38,411 nucleotides of DNA from Chrysochromulina tobinii (Eukaryota). The notes below the pieces were generated by a model. It was not told the origin of the DNA. It worked only from the letters and a program-made list of their open reading frames with translations, and did not search any database. This document shows, piece after piece, positions 20,603-31,767 of the stretch (position 1 is its first letter; every line of letters starts with the position of its first letter). Position numbers and translations under genes: made by a program. The stretch lies in assembly GCA_001275005.1 (NCBI GenBank), contig JWZX01002867.1:1-38411 (forward strand), written 5' to 3'.

Positions 20603-21895
20603 ATGGGCCTTCTCGTCGACCGCTTTCGTGATGTGCCTATGGCTGACCGGAACGCAGCACTTTGCTCCAGAATGGTTGGCCTCAACTTGGCGAGAGTGCA
20701 CGTGGCGCCAAGTCGAATCCGGAACGCTGGACGTGGACTCTTTGCATCCCGAGCGATCGCCTCGGGTGAACTCGTCACGCTCTATCCTTGCGACGCGCTA
20801 CTGCAATGGCCGAACGAGCAGGCGTTGGCACTTGCGCAGCGCGAGGCGGAGAGCGTGCAGGCGGTGCGTGACGACCTCGATGGGCTGCGCCGCCGGATGG
20901 AGGAGCAGGCGGCGAGCCACGCTGCGGCGATCCCAAAGCATGCGGCCGAGCTCGGCGCCGGAAAGGAGGAAACTACGGCCGAGATCATCGTCCACTGCGA
21001 CGCGGTGTTGGCGACGCGAAGAATGCTACGTCCGGTTGTCGGAGATGTGCTCGTGAGACTGAGCTCGCACTCTGCCGGCATGGGCCTCAAGGAGTGCGAA
21101 GCCTTCGACCCGCTGTCGGAGCACGGCGCTGCCGTATGGCGCTATTGCATTCGCATGAACGCCACAAGTGCCGTGTTGGCCAACCCGAATCTCGTGGAGG
21201 ATGCAGCCTACTTGGGCCACCTTGTGAACGATGGTGTGATCTGTGAGGGCCCAGGGACAGCAGCCGTTCGTTACGCGATCACGAGCGCCGGTCTTGCAAA
21301 CGTGAGGACTGTGGCCAGCAGCCTTTCGGACTGCCACATCGCTCTCGTCTCTCTGAGGTCCATTGAGCAAGGCGGCGAGATCTTGATGTCGTATGGCTCC
21401 GAGGCTCACACAGTATACCCGCACTCTCCATTGCGTATGTGCACTCTTCCCACTAGATGACGTGTGCACTGTGCCTCAGGTATGGCGCTGCGTACTGGCT
21501 CTCGCGACAGGCGGTGCCGCCAAGGCGCCATTCGTTCCCAGACGGCAGCACTTATTATGGCGAGGCTCCCGGCGGCAAGATTGCTGGGCAGGGCGAGTTC
21601 ACCGATCTCAATGGGAATCGCTATGTGGGCCACTTTCACAATGGCGCGTACCATGGCCCCGGCACGTACTACCTGGCGGGCGGACGGGCAGAGGTGAGCC
21701 GTTACTCCGGAAGGACGGGAGGTGGGTCTGGGTGCCGCATGGAGCGCCGATCGTCAGAAGGCGTGGCGCCTCGTCGCAGCAAGCGCAAAGGACGGCGTGA
21801 CGAAGCCTGCGGCCATTTCTCTGGACGATGCCGCTTCGATTGCGAAGGAACTTGACTTGCCTGTTCCGCCCATGGTTCCGCCCCTTCCACTCTGA
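20603..21895 (+). CDS. SET-domain + MORN-repeat protein; exons 20603-21390, 21480-21895 with an apparent +1 frameshift near 21709
   Basis: SET motifs: PSRIRNAGRGLFASRAI..GE, GHLVND, and the spliced GGEILMSYGAAYW. MORN motifs: FPDGSTYYGE..G.G, NGNRYVGHFHNGAYHGPG. Start codon uncertain. Confidence 0.72.
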
Positions 21896-22039
21896 CCGTT
21901 TGCCGGCGCGTCGCTCGGTGGTTTCAGCTGTAGCTTGTCTCTTTTAACCTGACACCCTGTGAGAGCAGTACAGACGTCAAGTGAGCACGAATGTGATTAT
22001 ACAGTGCATGCGGAAACATTTCAGTTACATGTTCTGGCT

Positions 22040-23101
22040 ATGAATGCTCCAAAAGGACCAAACTTCATGTGTTCAATGATCGCCGGCGCCGCGGTCCTCG
22101 GCGCAACCTTCAACAGCACTCGTTTCCACGGCTTGCCGCACGTGCAAAAATTGCTCGAGGATTCGCACTGCCTCAGCCGCCCGTCGGTGTGCTCAAGTCG
22201 GAGCGACATGGTCGTTAGCCGTGCAGACAGGCAGTCGATCACGGGCGTGGCCGCGGGCAATGCTCCCGAGTGGGCAGCAGCGTGCGAGTACTGCTCGCAC
22301 GGCGCGCACATGCTCCCGCTCTTGATCCGGCACTACCGGGTCAAGAGCCTCGTCGAGATTGGGGTATGCACGGGTATGAGTGTCGTTCACGTTGTGACCA
22401 AGGCAACAGGCACGAGCTCGGGAGCGAACGTGCAGGTGGGCGATGAGGTGCGCATGGGCAGGCGCGGAGGCCTCGAGCGCTACTACCTCATCGACCCGTG
22501 GGGTGGCATGAAGTGCAAGCCCGGGTGCGCGTGCTCACGCCAGATCAACCAGATCGCCAAGACGTGGCCTGATGTGATCATCCCTCTCCGAGGGTACAGC
22601 GTTCCGATGGCTGCGCATATTCCGAACGGGACGCTCGACCTCGCGTTCATCGACGCCGCGCACGACTTTCGGAACGCGCGCGCCGACATCATCGCGTTCT
22701 GGCCCAAGCTCAAGCCCACGGGCATCCTCGCTGGCCACGACTTTGCCCACTGGCGCAACTACGCCGAGATTCGTCAAGACAAGCTTGCGGCTCGGGGGGC
22801 GTATAGCGTGCGCCACGCGGTGTCGAGCAAGCCAGGCGCGCAGGCCCCCAAGGCGCTGCCGCCCGCGTACGGGGTTGCGCAGGCGACGCAAGAGCTCTTT
22901 GCGGCGTGCCACGTGCATGTGCGCTGGAACACGTGGTGGGTGGAGCGGGGAAACATGCGAGCTTCATCAGCTGCTGTCTGCGGCGGAGATTGCGTAGAGG
23001 ATATGTCAGACGACGCGGGTTCAAGGCTGGTGGCACACACGCACTTTGTGGGACGCGGTTCGGTCACAACGAAAATGAAGGGAGCCGAGATGGCAATTTA
23101 A
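22040..23101 (+). CDS. Class I SAM-dependent methyltransferase (Methyltransf_24-like)
   Basis: VEIGVCTGMS, YLIDPW and LDLAFIDAAHDF...D....WPKLKPTGILAGHDF motifs. Confidence 0.85.
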   Translation: MNAPKGPNFMCSMIAGAAVLGATFNSTRFHGLPHVQKLLEDSHCLSRPSVCSSRSDMVVSRADRQSITGVAAGNAPEWAAACEYCSHGAHMLPLLIRHYRVKSLVEIGVCTGMSVVHVVTKATGTSSGANVQVGDEVRMGRRGGLERYYLIDPWGGMKCKPGCACSRQINQIAKTWPDVIIPLRGYSVPMAAHIPNGTLDLAFIDAAHDFRNARADIIAFWPKLKPTGILAGHDFAHWRNYAEIRQDKLAARGAYSVRHAVSSKPGAQAPKALPPAYGVAQATQELFAACHVHVRWNTWWVERGNMRASSAAVCGGDCVEDMSDDAGSRLVAHTHFVGRGSVTTKMKGAEMAI

Positions 23102-23185
23102 CGTGCACGTGAAATTAGGGAATGCAAATTAGGATAGGAAACCTAAGGTCACGATCCTTTTTTGGCTCTAAGGAAGGAAGAGGAT

Positions 23186-25030
23186 ATGTTGGTCCAGGTG
23201 TTTCTCGTCCTCCTCGGCGTGCCTCCTGATCTGGGCGATGCTCATTTGAAGGCGCGATCCCAGAATCCACTCCAGCCCAGCAGGTTCGAGCCCGAGGCGG
23301 CATCAGTCAAAGCGGTGCCAGCACCCGTATCGCTGTCGGGGAATCCTGCCAGAGTGGTGCCAGCACATGCCATACCGCCACGCGGATTAAATCAAGCTCA
23401 GGTGGCAGCCCCCATCGCAATGCCAGCCCACGCTGTGCCGGCACACGCGTCAAAGGCAGCCCCCATCGCACTGCCAGCACATGCCGTACCGGTGATACCG
23501 GCACACGTTGCGAAGGCAAGACCCATCGCGATGCCAGCACATGCGGTACCAACTAGCGCATCCAAGGGAGCTACCATCCCGGGGCCGGCACACGGGCCGG
23601 CACAGAAGCTCCATCCTAAAAGGGAGCATATCAAACCATCCCCATCTCCTCCTCCTCCGTCGCCTCCTCCGCCTCCGTCGCCTCCTCCTCCAGTCCGCGC
23701 CACCGTGCTCGTCCTCGTCGCCGACCACGGAACCGGCTCGTCGAACATGGGAGCCGCGCTCGAGGAGCACCCGTGCGTGTTCGACGTCGGTGAGGGCTTC
23801 GGTGGATCACAAATGCTCTGGACGTCGGCACAGATCGACGAGTGCGGGAGGGTCGAGAGTCCTCCGGCGATGTTCGACACAGACTCTCACAAGCTCCTCT
23901 CGAGGGAGAACCCGAAGATGGAGCTCAAGATCGACACCGAGCTCCGCAAGATCAACAGGACGCTCGCCGAAATCTCGCATCCCGACAAGGAAGCTTCCCG
24001 AGCCGCGGCCTCCCTCGCTGCCACACTCGACAAAGGAGTCAACTACGGCAAGCTGTATGACGGTCTTGAATACAACTTTGCTGAGTACTTGCTCCGCGTT
24101 CGCGACCTCATCTGTGAGAACGTGCCCGAGAACATCTGCCCTGAGAAAGAGTGCACGATCTCGACGAAGATGTTCCCGCAGTTCGTCGACGGCATCACGA
24201 GCGCAGTCCTCAACAAAGACGATCTGGAGCTGAACGCGTGCCGCGATGCGCAGAACCAGAAGGCGATGGGCGCGTGGAAGGACGCCCTCAGCTCGTTCAA
24301 GGAGAATCCGAGGATCGCCACCGTGACTCTCGAACGAGATGAGAAGGGGAGGCAGTTCTCCATGTTCCATCGGTTCTCCCCGACCGGCACGCAGTTTGAC
24401 TGCAGCTTCGCCCGCCCCGAAAGCGAGTTCGCGATCGTGTCCAAAGACTACACCGACCACCAGATGAAGGCGGAAGACTGCTGGAAAGACCCCGACTTGT
24501 GCCTGAATGACGCCCTCAAACTCGTCAGCCTGTCTCCCGAGGCGATGGGGAAGGCGGGTTCGCAGGCAATCGCCGACGAGTTGGAGCGTCGCGAGCACGA
24601 GAACGTCCTCGCGAGCCGGAGCTGCTCCACCGACCCTCTCGCCACCTTTAGGCGGCTCAAGAATGAAGACGTCGAGATGACCTCCAAGGTACCTCATGAC
24701 CATGATGACAACTCCATCACCGACCGCGACGATAACCATCTCGCGGATGAGACCGCGTGGTCCCTCGAACAAGCTCTCCGTAGCCGATCCGACGTCGCCA
24801 CGTTGCGCGAGGACAAGGTCCTCGCGGAAGCGGCGGCGCATAGTGAGCGGCTTCAGCTCACCCGATCCGACGTCGCCAAGCTGCGCGAGGATGAGCTCCT
24901 CGCGGAGGCGGCGGACATTCAATCCGCACTTGTCGTTAGCCAATCCGACGTCGCCGCGCGGCGCGAGGAGGAGCTCCGCGCGGAGGCGGCGGACACAACT
25001 CAAGCACTCTCGACTCGCGGAAGAAAGTGA
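23186..25030 (+). CDS. Secreted/Golgi protein with PAHAVP and SPPP repeats and a sulfotransferase-like domain
   Basis: Hydrophobic N-terminus MLVQVFLVLLG. VLVLVADHGTGSS....LEEHPCV..VGE.F resembles the PAPS-binding loop region of Stf0/NodH-type sulfotransferases but is degenerate. Three 26-aa C-terminal repeats. Confidence 0.55.
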   Translation: MLVQVFLVLLGVPPDLGDAHLKARSQNPLQPSRFEPEAASVKAVPAPVSLSGNPARVVPAHAIPPRGLNQAQVAAPIAMPAHAVPAHASKAAPIALPAHAVPVIPAHVAKARPIAMPAHAVPTSASKGATIPGPAHGPAQKLHPKREHIKPSPSPPPPSPPPPPSPPPPVRATVLVLVADHGTGSSNMGAALEEHPCVFDVGEGFGGSQMLWTSAQIDECGRVESPPAMFDTDSHKLLSRENPKMELKIDTELRKINRTLAEISHPDKEASRAAASLAATLDKGVNYGKLYDGLEYNFAEYLLRVRDLICENVPENICPEKECTISTKMFPQFVDGITSAVLNKDDLELNACRDAQNQKAMGAWKDALSSFKENPRIATVTLERDEKGRQFSMFHRFSPTGTQFDCSFARPESEFAIVSKDYTDHQMKAEDCWKDPDLCLNDALKLVSLSPEAMGKAGSQAIADELERREHENVLASRSCSTDPLATFRRLKNEDVEMTSKVPHDHDDNSITDRDDNHLADETAWSLEQALRSRSDVATLREDKVLAEAAAHSERLQLTRSDVAKLREDELLAEAADIQSALVVSQSDVAARREEELRAEAADTTQALSTRGRK

Positions 25031-25470
25031 TCTTCTGAACAAGATCACGGGCACCGCCGTCTAACCGCCGTCGAACCGTCTAATCTTCGGAAGCCGTACT
25101 ATCGCGCCGCGTGCTGAGGAGAATGAAAAGAACGGCCCCAGCCCATGGTGCCACCCCCCCCATGGAGCATGTGACTAACTCCTGGACTCGGGGACTCCCG
25201 TCGAGTTCATCCTTGTTTCTCGAGCTTAGTTCGAGTTTTATCGTGGGGGGGCTAATGGTGTGGCGCGCCGTCCCGACAGGACTCTTGCGTATAGCGGCGT
25301 GTGTGGCTGTGGATGCCAATAACAGATTTGTCTCAGAAATGGCACACCTGGACGTGCATGCATGCAATTGAAAGGGATGTTTAGTGTAACAGCATTTCCT
25401 GCGGACGTCGTGAGCGAGCGGACCCCACAACCACTTCCGGGCTCTCTCGCTGCACAGCGTCTCGACAAAG

Positions 25471-26091
25471 ATGCCCCGCTATTCAGAGTATGACGCAACA
25501 CTCGAGCAGACGCTCGGTATCAGCGCCCGTGGTGTGGGCTCGAATCAGGTCAATCGGCGCATCGAGAAGGCGCTGCTTGGGGTCCTTGATGCTACGGCCG
25601 ACGACGGATGGGACATTGTGTTCAAAGCGGCGGCGTTGAATGAGGGTGATCTTGATGGTTTGTCGGACGAGGACGTGGCGGCAGATCTGGCCGCGCACGA
25701 GGGCAAAACGAGGCTCACGCGCGCGGCCGAGGCGAAAGAGTGGGAGGCACTCCGAGAACAGATCGAGTCAAGTCGGAATCGGGTGCTCAGATTACAATCG
25801 GAGGCTGCTGCAGCAGCGGCCGCAGAGCTGGCGGTGCCCGCTACCCCGCCAGGCTTCACGGATGCCAAAAAGGTCGCAGCGCTCCATTCGAGGCCCCCAA
25901 ACAAGAAGAAGTATGCGGACGCCGTGGCATTGCCACAGATCGATCAGCGCACGCCGTCACCGAGAGCGGCGAGAGGCTCCTCGCACATGACCTCGCACAG
26001 GAGGAGCTCTGCGGAGCCGCCGAGCTTGCCTCCAATCTTGCTTCCGATCAGCTCGAGCGAGACGACGGAGGAACGCCCACCTCTCACCTGA
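25471..26091 (+). CDS. Hypothetical protein, 206 aa
   Basis: ATG-initiated ORF with a helical/coiled central part and a low-complexity tail. Confidence 0.55.
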   Translation: MPRYSEYDATLEQTLGISARGVGSNQVNRRIEKALLGVLDATADDGWDIVFKAAALNEGDLDGLSDEDVAADLAAHEGKTRLTRAAEAKEWEALREQIESSRNRVLRLQSEAAAAAAAELAVPATPPGFTDAKKVAALHSRPPNKKKYADAVALPQIDQRTPSPRAARGSSHMTSHRRSSAEPPSLPPILLPISSSETTEERPPLT

Positions 26092-26378
26092 CGGTGACGC
26101 CCCCGCGCCCCGGCATAGCCTAGAACACCACATTCATTGATCGCGTTTAAAAAGAGGTCCTCGTACTTTAAAACTTTGACAGAGTCAGAGAGCGACTACT
26201 GTGAACCGTCTGTCCGAGCCTGGTACGGTAGAGAGATGAGAGACGACTCTACTTTCATGTTTCTCAATTCCTACTGAAGTGACCTGTGACAGTCAAACGT
26301 TGTTCCAGTTCGTCATCTCAATGCGACAAAGGTCAGGCCCATCTGACCATCGAATTGCGGTACAGTCGAGTACAGTCT

Positions 26379-29300
26379 TCACGAAGAAAACCGCCTATCT
26401 CGGACCTCGGCCTGCAACTGGCGGATCATTTGCTCCTGCGCCCCCATCTTGGCGAGCAGCGTGCGGAGCATGGCGCCCATTGCCTCCGTGTCCGTGTCGG
26501 CCGTCGACGTGGCCGTTGAAGGCGACGCACTCTTCCGCCCTTGCCCCACAGCCACGGATGCCTCCCCGGCCGCATAGCCCCCAGACTCCTCGTCGCGCCG
26601 GTTGCGCTGGTGCACGGCCATCTCGACCTCGTGGATCTGCGTGCCAATCCCGAGCTCATCAAAGGGATTCATGGGCAATCAGAGGCCATCCGAGCGAAAA
26701 TCAGAGCGCCATTGTATGCAATCAGAGCGCAATCAGAGTGAGTCATGGCTCACCTGCGAAGCGATCCCGGCTCGCCATCGCTCTTCGGGTGACACGTCAT
26801 ACTTGCGCCGTTGCACCCAGGTCTCCACGGCCGCGGGGTAGAGGCACACCTCGGGGGAGGTTGCCTTACGCATGAACTGGTGCACCTGCATGCAAGGGTC
26901 ATCGTGTGGCAATCAGCGCCCCTCAGCGCCCTTTAATCGTCCATCCGTGCCGATCTGCGCAAATCTCGAGCTGTGCCAATCTGCGCCCATCCATGGCCAT
27001 CAACGGCGGTGCGCCTGGCTTGTGCCCCGCACCTTTCGCGCCTCGAAGACCGAAAGCGAGCAGTCATCGACGAGCTCATGCTCGGATTTGTCAAGGGCCG
27101 AGTACTCCACCGAGATCGAATCTCCTTCCGGCCGCGTCGGAGATTGCGTCGAGATCGACTCGCGGCGAGAGTGCCGACCGCCCCAGCTCAGCTCGAGGCC
27201 AAGCGCCGTATTGAGCAGCGCGAAGATCGCCGAGCCGAGCGCGTAGAGCGAGAGGAGCGTCAGGCGAATGAGGTTGAACGGGGGTGGGACGAGCTCTTGG
27301 CCTGCTTGTCCGGGCCGAAGGGAAAGGAGCTCAATGAGTGGCAATCAGTGGCAATCAGTGGCAGTCGGTGAGGCACTCGCCTACTCCCTCGAGGGACCAC
27401 CCTCGCAATCAGTGCCACTCAGTTTCGGCACTCGCCTACTCCCCTTGAGGGACCACCCTCGCAATCAGTGCCACTCAGTTTCGGCACTCGCCTACTCCCT
27501 TGAGGGACCACCCTCGCAATCAGTGCCACTCAGTTTCGGCACTCGCCTACTCCCTTGAGGGACCACCCTCGCACTCAGTGCCACTCAGTTTCGTCACTCG
27601 CCTGCTCCCTTGAGGACCACCCTCGCAAACTGGACCTTGAAGTTGGAGTCGACGTTCTCGTAGATGAGATCGAACGTTTTGGCGAAGCGTGCGATGAGCA
27701 GGTTGAGCAGCAGCAGCACGACGACGATCCCAAAGAGGGCCATCATGAGCCACGTGAAGCCGTACACGGAGGGTGAGATCTCAAGGCCCATGATGCGGTC
27801 GGGCTCTCCGTCCATCGTGCCCTCCATAAGCAGGGTGAGCACGCCTTCCAAGTGGTGGCGCAATCAGCAGAGGCCATCAGAAAGGCCATCCGAGGCCATC
27901 AGAGAGGCCATCAGAGAGGCCATCAGAGAGGCCATCAGAGAGGCCATCAGAGAGGCCATCAGAGAGGCAGGCACCTGCAAACGAGAGCTTCGCCGACAAT
28001 GGCCCATCGAATTGGCCACTGCTGGTGCCACTGTCTGCTTCCACATGAGTCTTCGCATCGAGCGGCGCGACGATCAGAACGAAGAAGGCGGAGCCGAAGG
28101 CGATGAGGACGAATGCGGCCAGCATGAGGAACTGCCATAGAGCATCCGAAGATGGTCATCAGATGGTCATCAGATGGTCATTAGAGCGCAATCAGGGCGT
28201 AATCAGAGGCTCATCACCTGCCAGAGGTCCTCGAGCATCCGGATAGTCATGATCAGGAGCGGGCCCGTGCGCGGGAAGATGAAGAGCAGTTGGAGCAGCC
28301 GTAGCCACGCTAACCAAGCCGTGAGTGCCTGGCACGGCAATGCGATCGCTTGGGCAGCTTCGCCCGCCACGACGCCGTGGGTGAGCGCCAGCCGTGTGCC
28401 CAGTGTGGCGAGCATCCCCACGACCAGCAAGATGTCCACCACGTTGAAGATGTCGCGAATGTAGAACCACCAGCTTGCGGTGGTGAGCAGGTCCGACAGC
28501 TCACCGAGTGCCCAGCCCAGCGCGTATGAGAGCAGCAGCAGATCCGCATACAGTACCCCCAGAGGCGAAACCACCGCGAGCGGCACACCTTCCAAATTAG
28601 GCAGCTCTCCCGAGGATCTGTCCGTGGACGCGAGCGGCGGCGCGGGCAGAGTCGTAACCAACGCGGCGAGGCCTGCGGTCGCGAGGCACCAGAGTGCGAA
28701 GCGGCCGGACGGAAAGAACCAGACGATGCCGATGGGGAGTCGGCGATCGGTGATGGCCTTGCGCAATCTCTCCTCGATCTCGATCTCCATCCAGCGAGGC
28801 ACGACGAGCAGCAACGGCAGCGCGATGACGTGGCCGAGCATGAGCGCCGTCGTGAGCAGCGTCTCTCGCAGCGAGTGCCAGCTAAGGAAGGGCGGGCAGC
28901 GCTCAGGACAGCGCCTCTGGCTCGCGCCGCCGCCGTCCTGAGCGCTCCGGACAGCGCCGCCGCCGTGGTCTGCTCCGGCCGCGCTGAGCGCCCGGGACGA
29001 CGTCTTCGCCTCCGGGAAGAAGAGGTGCACCAGGTGTGAGTAGACGAAGGGGTTGGACACGAAGACCTTGAGCTCGTGCTCGGCGGCGAGGGGCAAGCTC
29101 ATGCGCACGAAAAAGTCGCGAGCGATCCTGGGCTCGACGGGATCAGTGCCTGTGCGCCAAGGGTTGAAGGAGCGGTTGGCCTCTTCCTTCTCGTCAGCCG
29201 CGCGCACCTGATGAAAAAGGGGGCCATCAATAACACTCAGAGGCACTCAGAGGCACTCAGACGCCATAAGAGGCCATCAGAAGCCATCAGAAGCCATCAG

Positions 29301-31411
29301 AGGCCATCAGAGGCCATCAGAGGCCAGCAGACGCACCGCGCCCTCGACCAGACCGCTGGCAATGTGCTGAAGCAGCGTCGATGCGGACAGGAGTCGATCG
29401 CATACGACGCGGTCGCGCTGAAACCTCCCTGTCTCGCCTAGCATGGCTGCTGCAATCTCAAGAGAAAGCAACACCTGATGGGAGCGACAATCATTGTCAT
29501 CAGTGGCAATCAGTCTCCTCCGTGGCAACAGTGTACTCAGCTACCGTGCCATCTCGGGCAGTCTCGAGCAATCTCGGACAATATCGGGCAGTCTCGGACC
29601 ATCTCGGACAATCTCGGGCAGTCTCGGACAATCTCGGATCATCTCAGGCCATCTCGCTCGAGAGCGGTACCGGGTTGGGTGGGCGGCCGCCAACGCTCTC
29701 AAAGCTCTGGTCGTCGCCCTCCTCGTCCTCGTCGGCTTCGTCAGTTTCGTCGGAGCGCTCGGACGAAACCGGAGCCTCCGCCAGCCGCACCCCCTTGCGC
29801 CTCGGCTGGGGCGTGCTCGGATCTCCCGCGCGATCTCCCGTGCGATCTGCCGAGGCCTGGGAGATCGCACGGGCCATGATGCATGTGTTCTCTCGTGTCA
29901 CATGTGACTCTCTGTCACGATTGCTCTCGCGCACCAGCTGCTCGTGCTGCTCCACCTGCCGGCGCGCCTGCTTCGGGTCGGGTGAGCCCAGCATGACATG
30001 CGAACCGAGCATCTCCGCGCTCGCCGCGTGGCTCGTCGCGCTCATCATACGGTGCGGACCTCGGGGCGCGGCACGTCGTGAACGAGCGCGCAGCGGCGGA
30101 GCGCCCTCGGGCCGTGAGCAGAGCACTAAGAGGCAGAAGAGACGCGCCATCTCAGCCTGCGAGTGGGTGTGAACACGCCGAGTGGGTGATCGGAGGTACT
30201 CAGTGCTCATCCGTGATCACTGGCGATGGCTCATCAGCGGCTGCTTCACCTGCGACAGTGCCGATTTGGTATCCGAGCCAGGCCGATCGATGGCCCACAT
30301 TCGCACGACGCGCTCCGAATGCTCACGTGTGAAGATAGCCGGGCAAAAGCCGCGCGTGAACAGCGTGTGCTCGAGGAGCATCAACGCCACAAGCAGCTGC
30401 CCGGCGGTGATGGCCACCTGCACGCGAGTGTGATGGACTCATCAGTCGCCATCCGACGCAATCGGGCGCAATCAGGTTCAGCTGCCCGGCGGTGATGGTC
30501 ACCGAGAGTGCGCCGTAACCCGGTAGACGAAACTCATAGAGATCGCTCAGATCTGAGCTCGCGGGCACGAGATCGATGCGGTGGTGCGTGCTCGCTCGTC
30601 GGCCGCTCGCCAGCAGACGCGACGAAGTCGGCGCACGACCCTGCGCAAAAGATGAGCTTGGCAGCTGGCCTACTAGGCCTGCTTGGTGAGCACTCAGGGA
30701 GCGCATCTGACGGGACTGCAGGGGAGCGGTTGTAGCATCCGCACGCCAGTCGAGGAGCAGACGCACCGTTGACGCATGGCCATACTCTGCGGCGGCGAGC
30801 AGTGGTGTCAGGCCGCCGCGCGAGTAGGCATCGTTGCACGCCTCGATATTGGCGCCGCGTTTCAGCAGCTCCTCGACGATGTGCGCCCGGCCCTCGTACG
30901 CCGCCTCGTGCAGCGGAGTGTTACCCTTTGCATTCTGCAGCTCGATGCTGTCGGGCGCTGCTTCCACAAGAAGTCCGACCACTGCCGTCGTGCGGTTGTA
31001 GCGCGCTGCGAGGTGCAGCGCAACCTCGGTATACCGCTTGTTGGTCAGGCGCGGGTCCGCCTTGGCGCAGAGCAGCGCGTTCACCACCGCCGCGTTGCCC
31101 GTGTACGCGGCCCAGTGTATTGCCATGGAGCCAGCCCAGGCGTCGCGGTCCTGGTTGATCATCTCCGGGCTGTCGAGCGCGGCGAGCGCGCCCTCCACAC
31201 CATCGAGGTTACCCTCGGCGCACGCCTGGATGAGCGATGACATCGAGATTTGACCAAAGGGTCCAATCTGGATCTTGGACGTCCTTCGCGTCAGCTTGGT
31301 GGCGGCGGGATTCGGCAGATCCTGTGGCGGAGGCAGATCATCGTCCTCCTTCTCATCGATCTTGGAGAGGCCGTTGGGCACCCCGTCTCGCCGAGAGAAG
31401 GTCACGGGCAT
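26379..31411 (-). CDS. Ankyrin-repeat TRP cation channel (~1249 aa); exons 31411-30503, 30417-30250, 30156-29671, 29474-29337, 29207-28218, 28131-27975, 27844-27602, 27301-27033, 26885-26754, 26636-26379
   Basis: Ankyrin repeats (AIHWAA, ALHLAA, GNTPLHEAA, GLTPLLAAA), pre-S1 KVFVSNP, S4-S5 WLRLLQLL...TGPLLIM, S6 LLLNLLIARF and TRP-domain FARVVL..LVPPPFNLI. Nine introns in phase, one of them GC-AG; exons sum to 3750 nt. Confidence 0.85.
27373..27628 (-). repeat. ~55-bp tandem repeat: four intronic copies of the TRP exon-7 end plus GC donor, followed by the real junction
   Basis: Plus-strand unit gcactcgcctactcccttgagggaccaccctcgcaatcagtgccactcagtttcg. Confidence 0.93.
27868..27968 (-). repeat. 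Intronic 12-bp tandem repeat (gatggcctctct)
   Basis: agagaggccatc repeats on the plus strand, within TRP intron 27845-27974. Confidence 0.93.
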
Positions 31412-31767
31412 CAGGGCTTGCGGAAACTGCGAAAGCTGCGGGGGCGCTGCGGCGTAGCCCGCCTTCCGACAGTCTGAGCACTCTTCAGCATGGAATTTGT
31501 GCGAAAATCAAACTTCTCAACACGGCGCTAGTCAACACTTCGTTCGAGGTCTTGAGGTCTTTGAGGTATGGTTGGGGCTGTTTTGTGAGCGGCCAGTCGA
31601 CCGCTGCCATCCAGAGTTTTAGAACTTAAGTTCACGTGCCGTGGAAGGTTTATTTGCTGGGATTGTATGAAGGTGGCGAGTGAGACGCGGCCACACGCCA
31701 TCGGTACACACGGTAGCCGCAAGCGCGTCGCCCGCGCCGCGGACCTATACTCCTCTCACGCATCTCA

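Noticed and set aside
27373..27628. CRISPR-like regularly spaced repeats (also 1591-1695, 8079-8220, 10459-10611)
   Set aside because: The units are head-to-tail with no unique spacers, there are no cas genes, and they lie in eukaryotic introns or gene ends.
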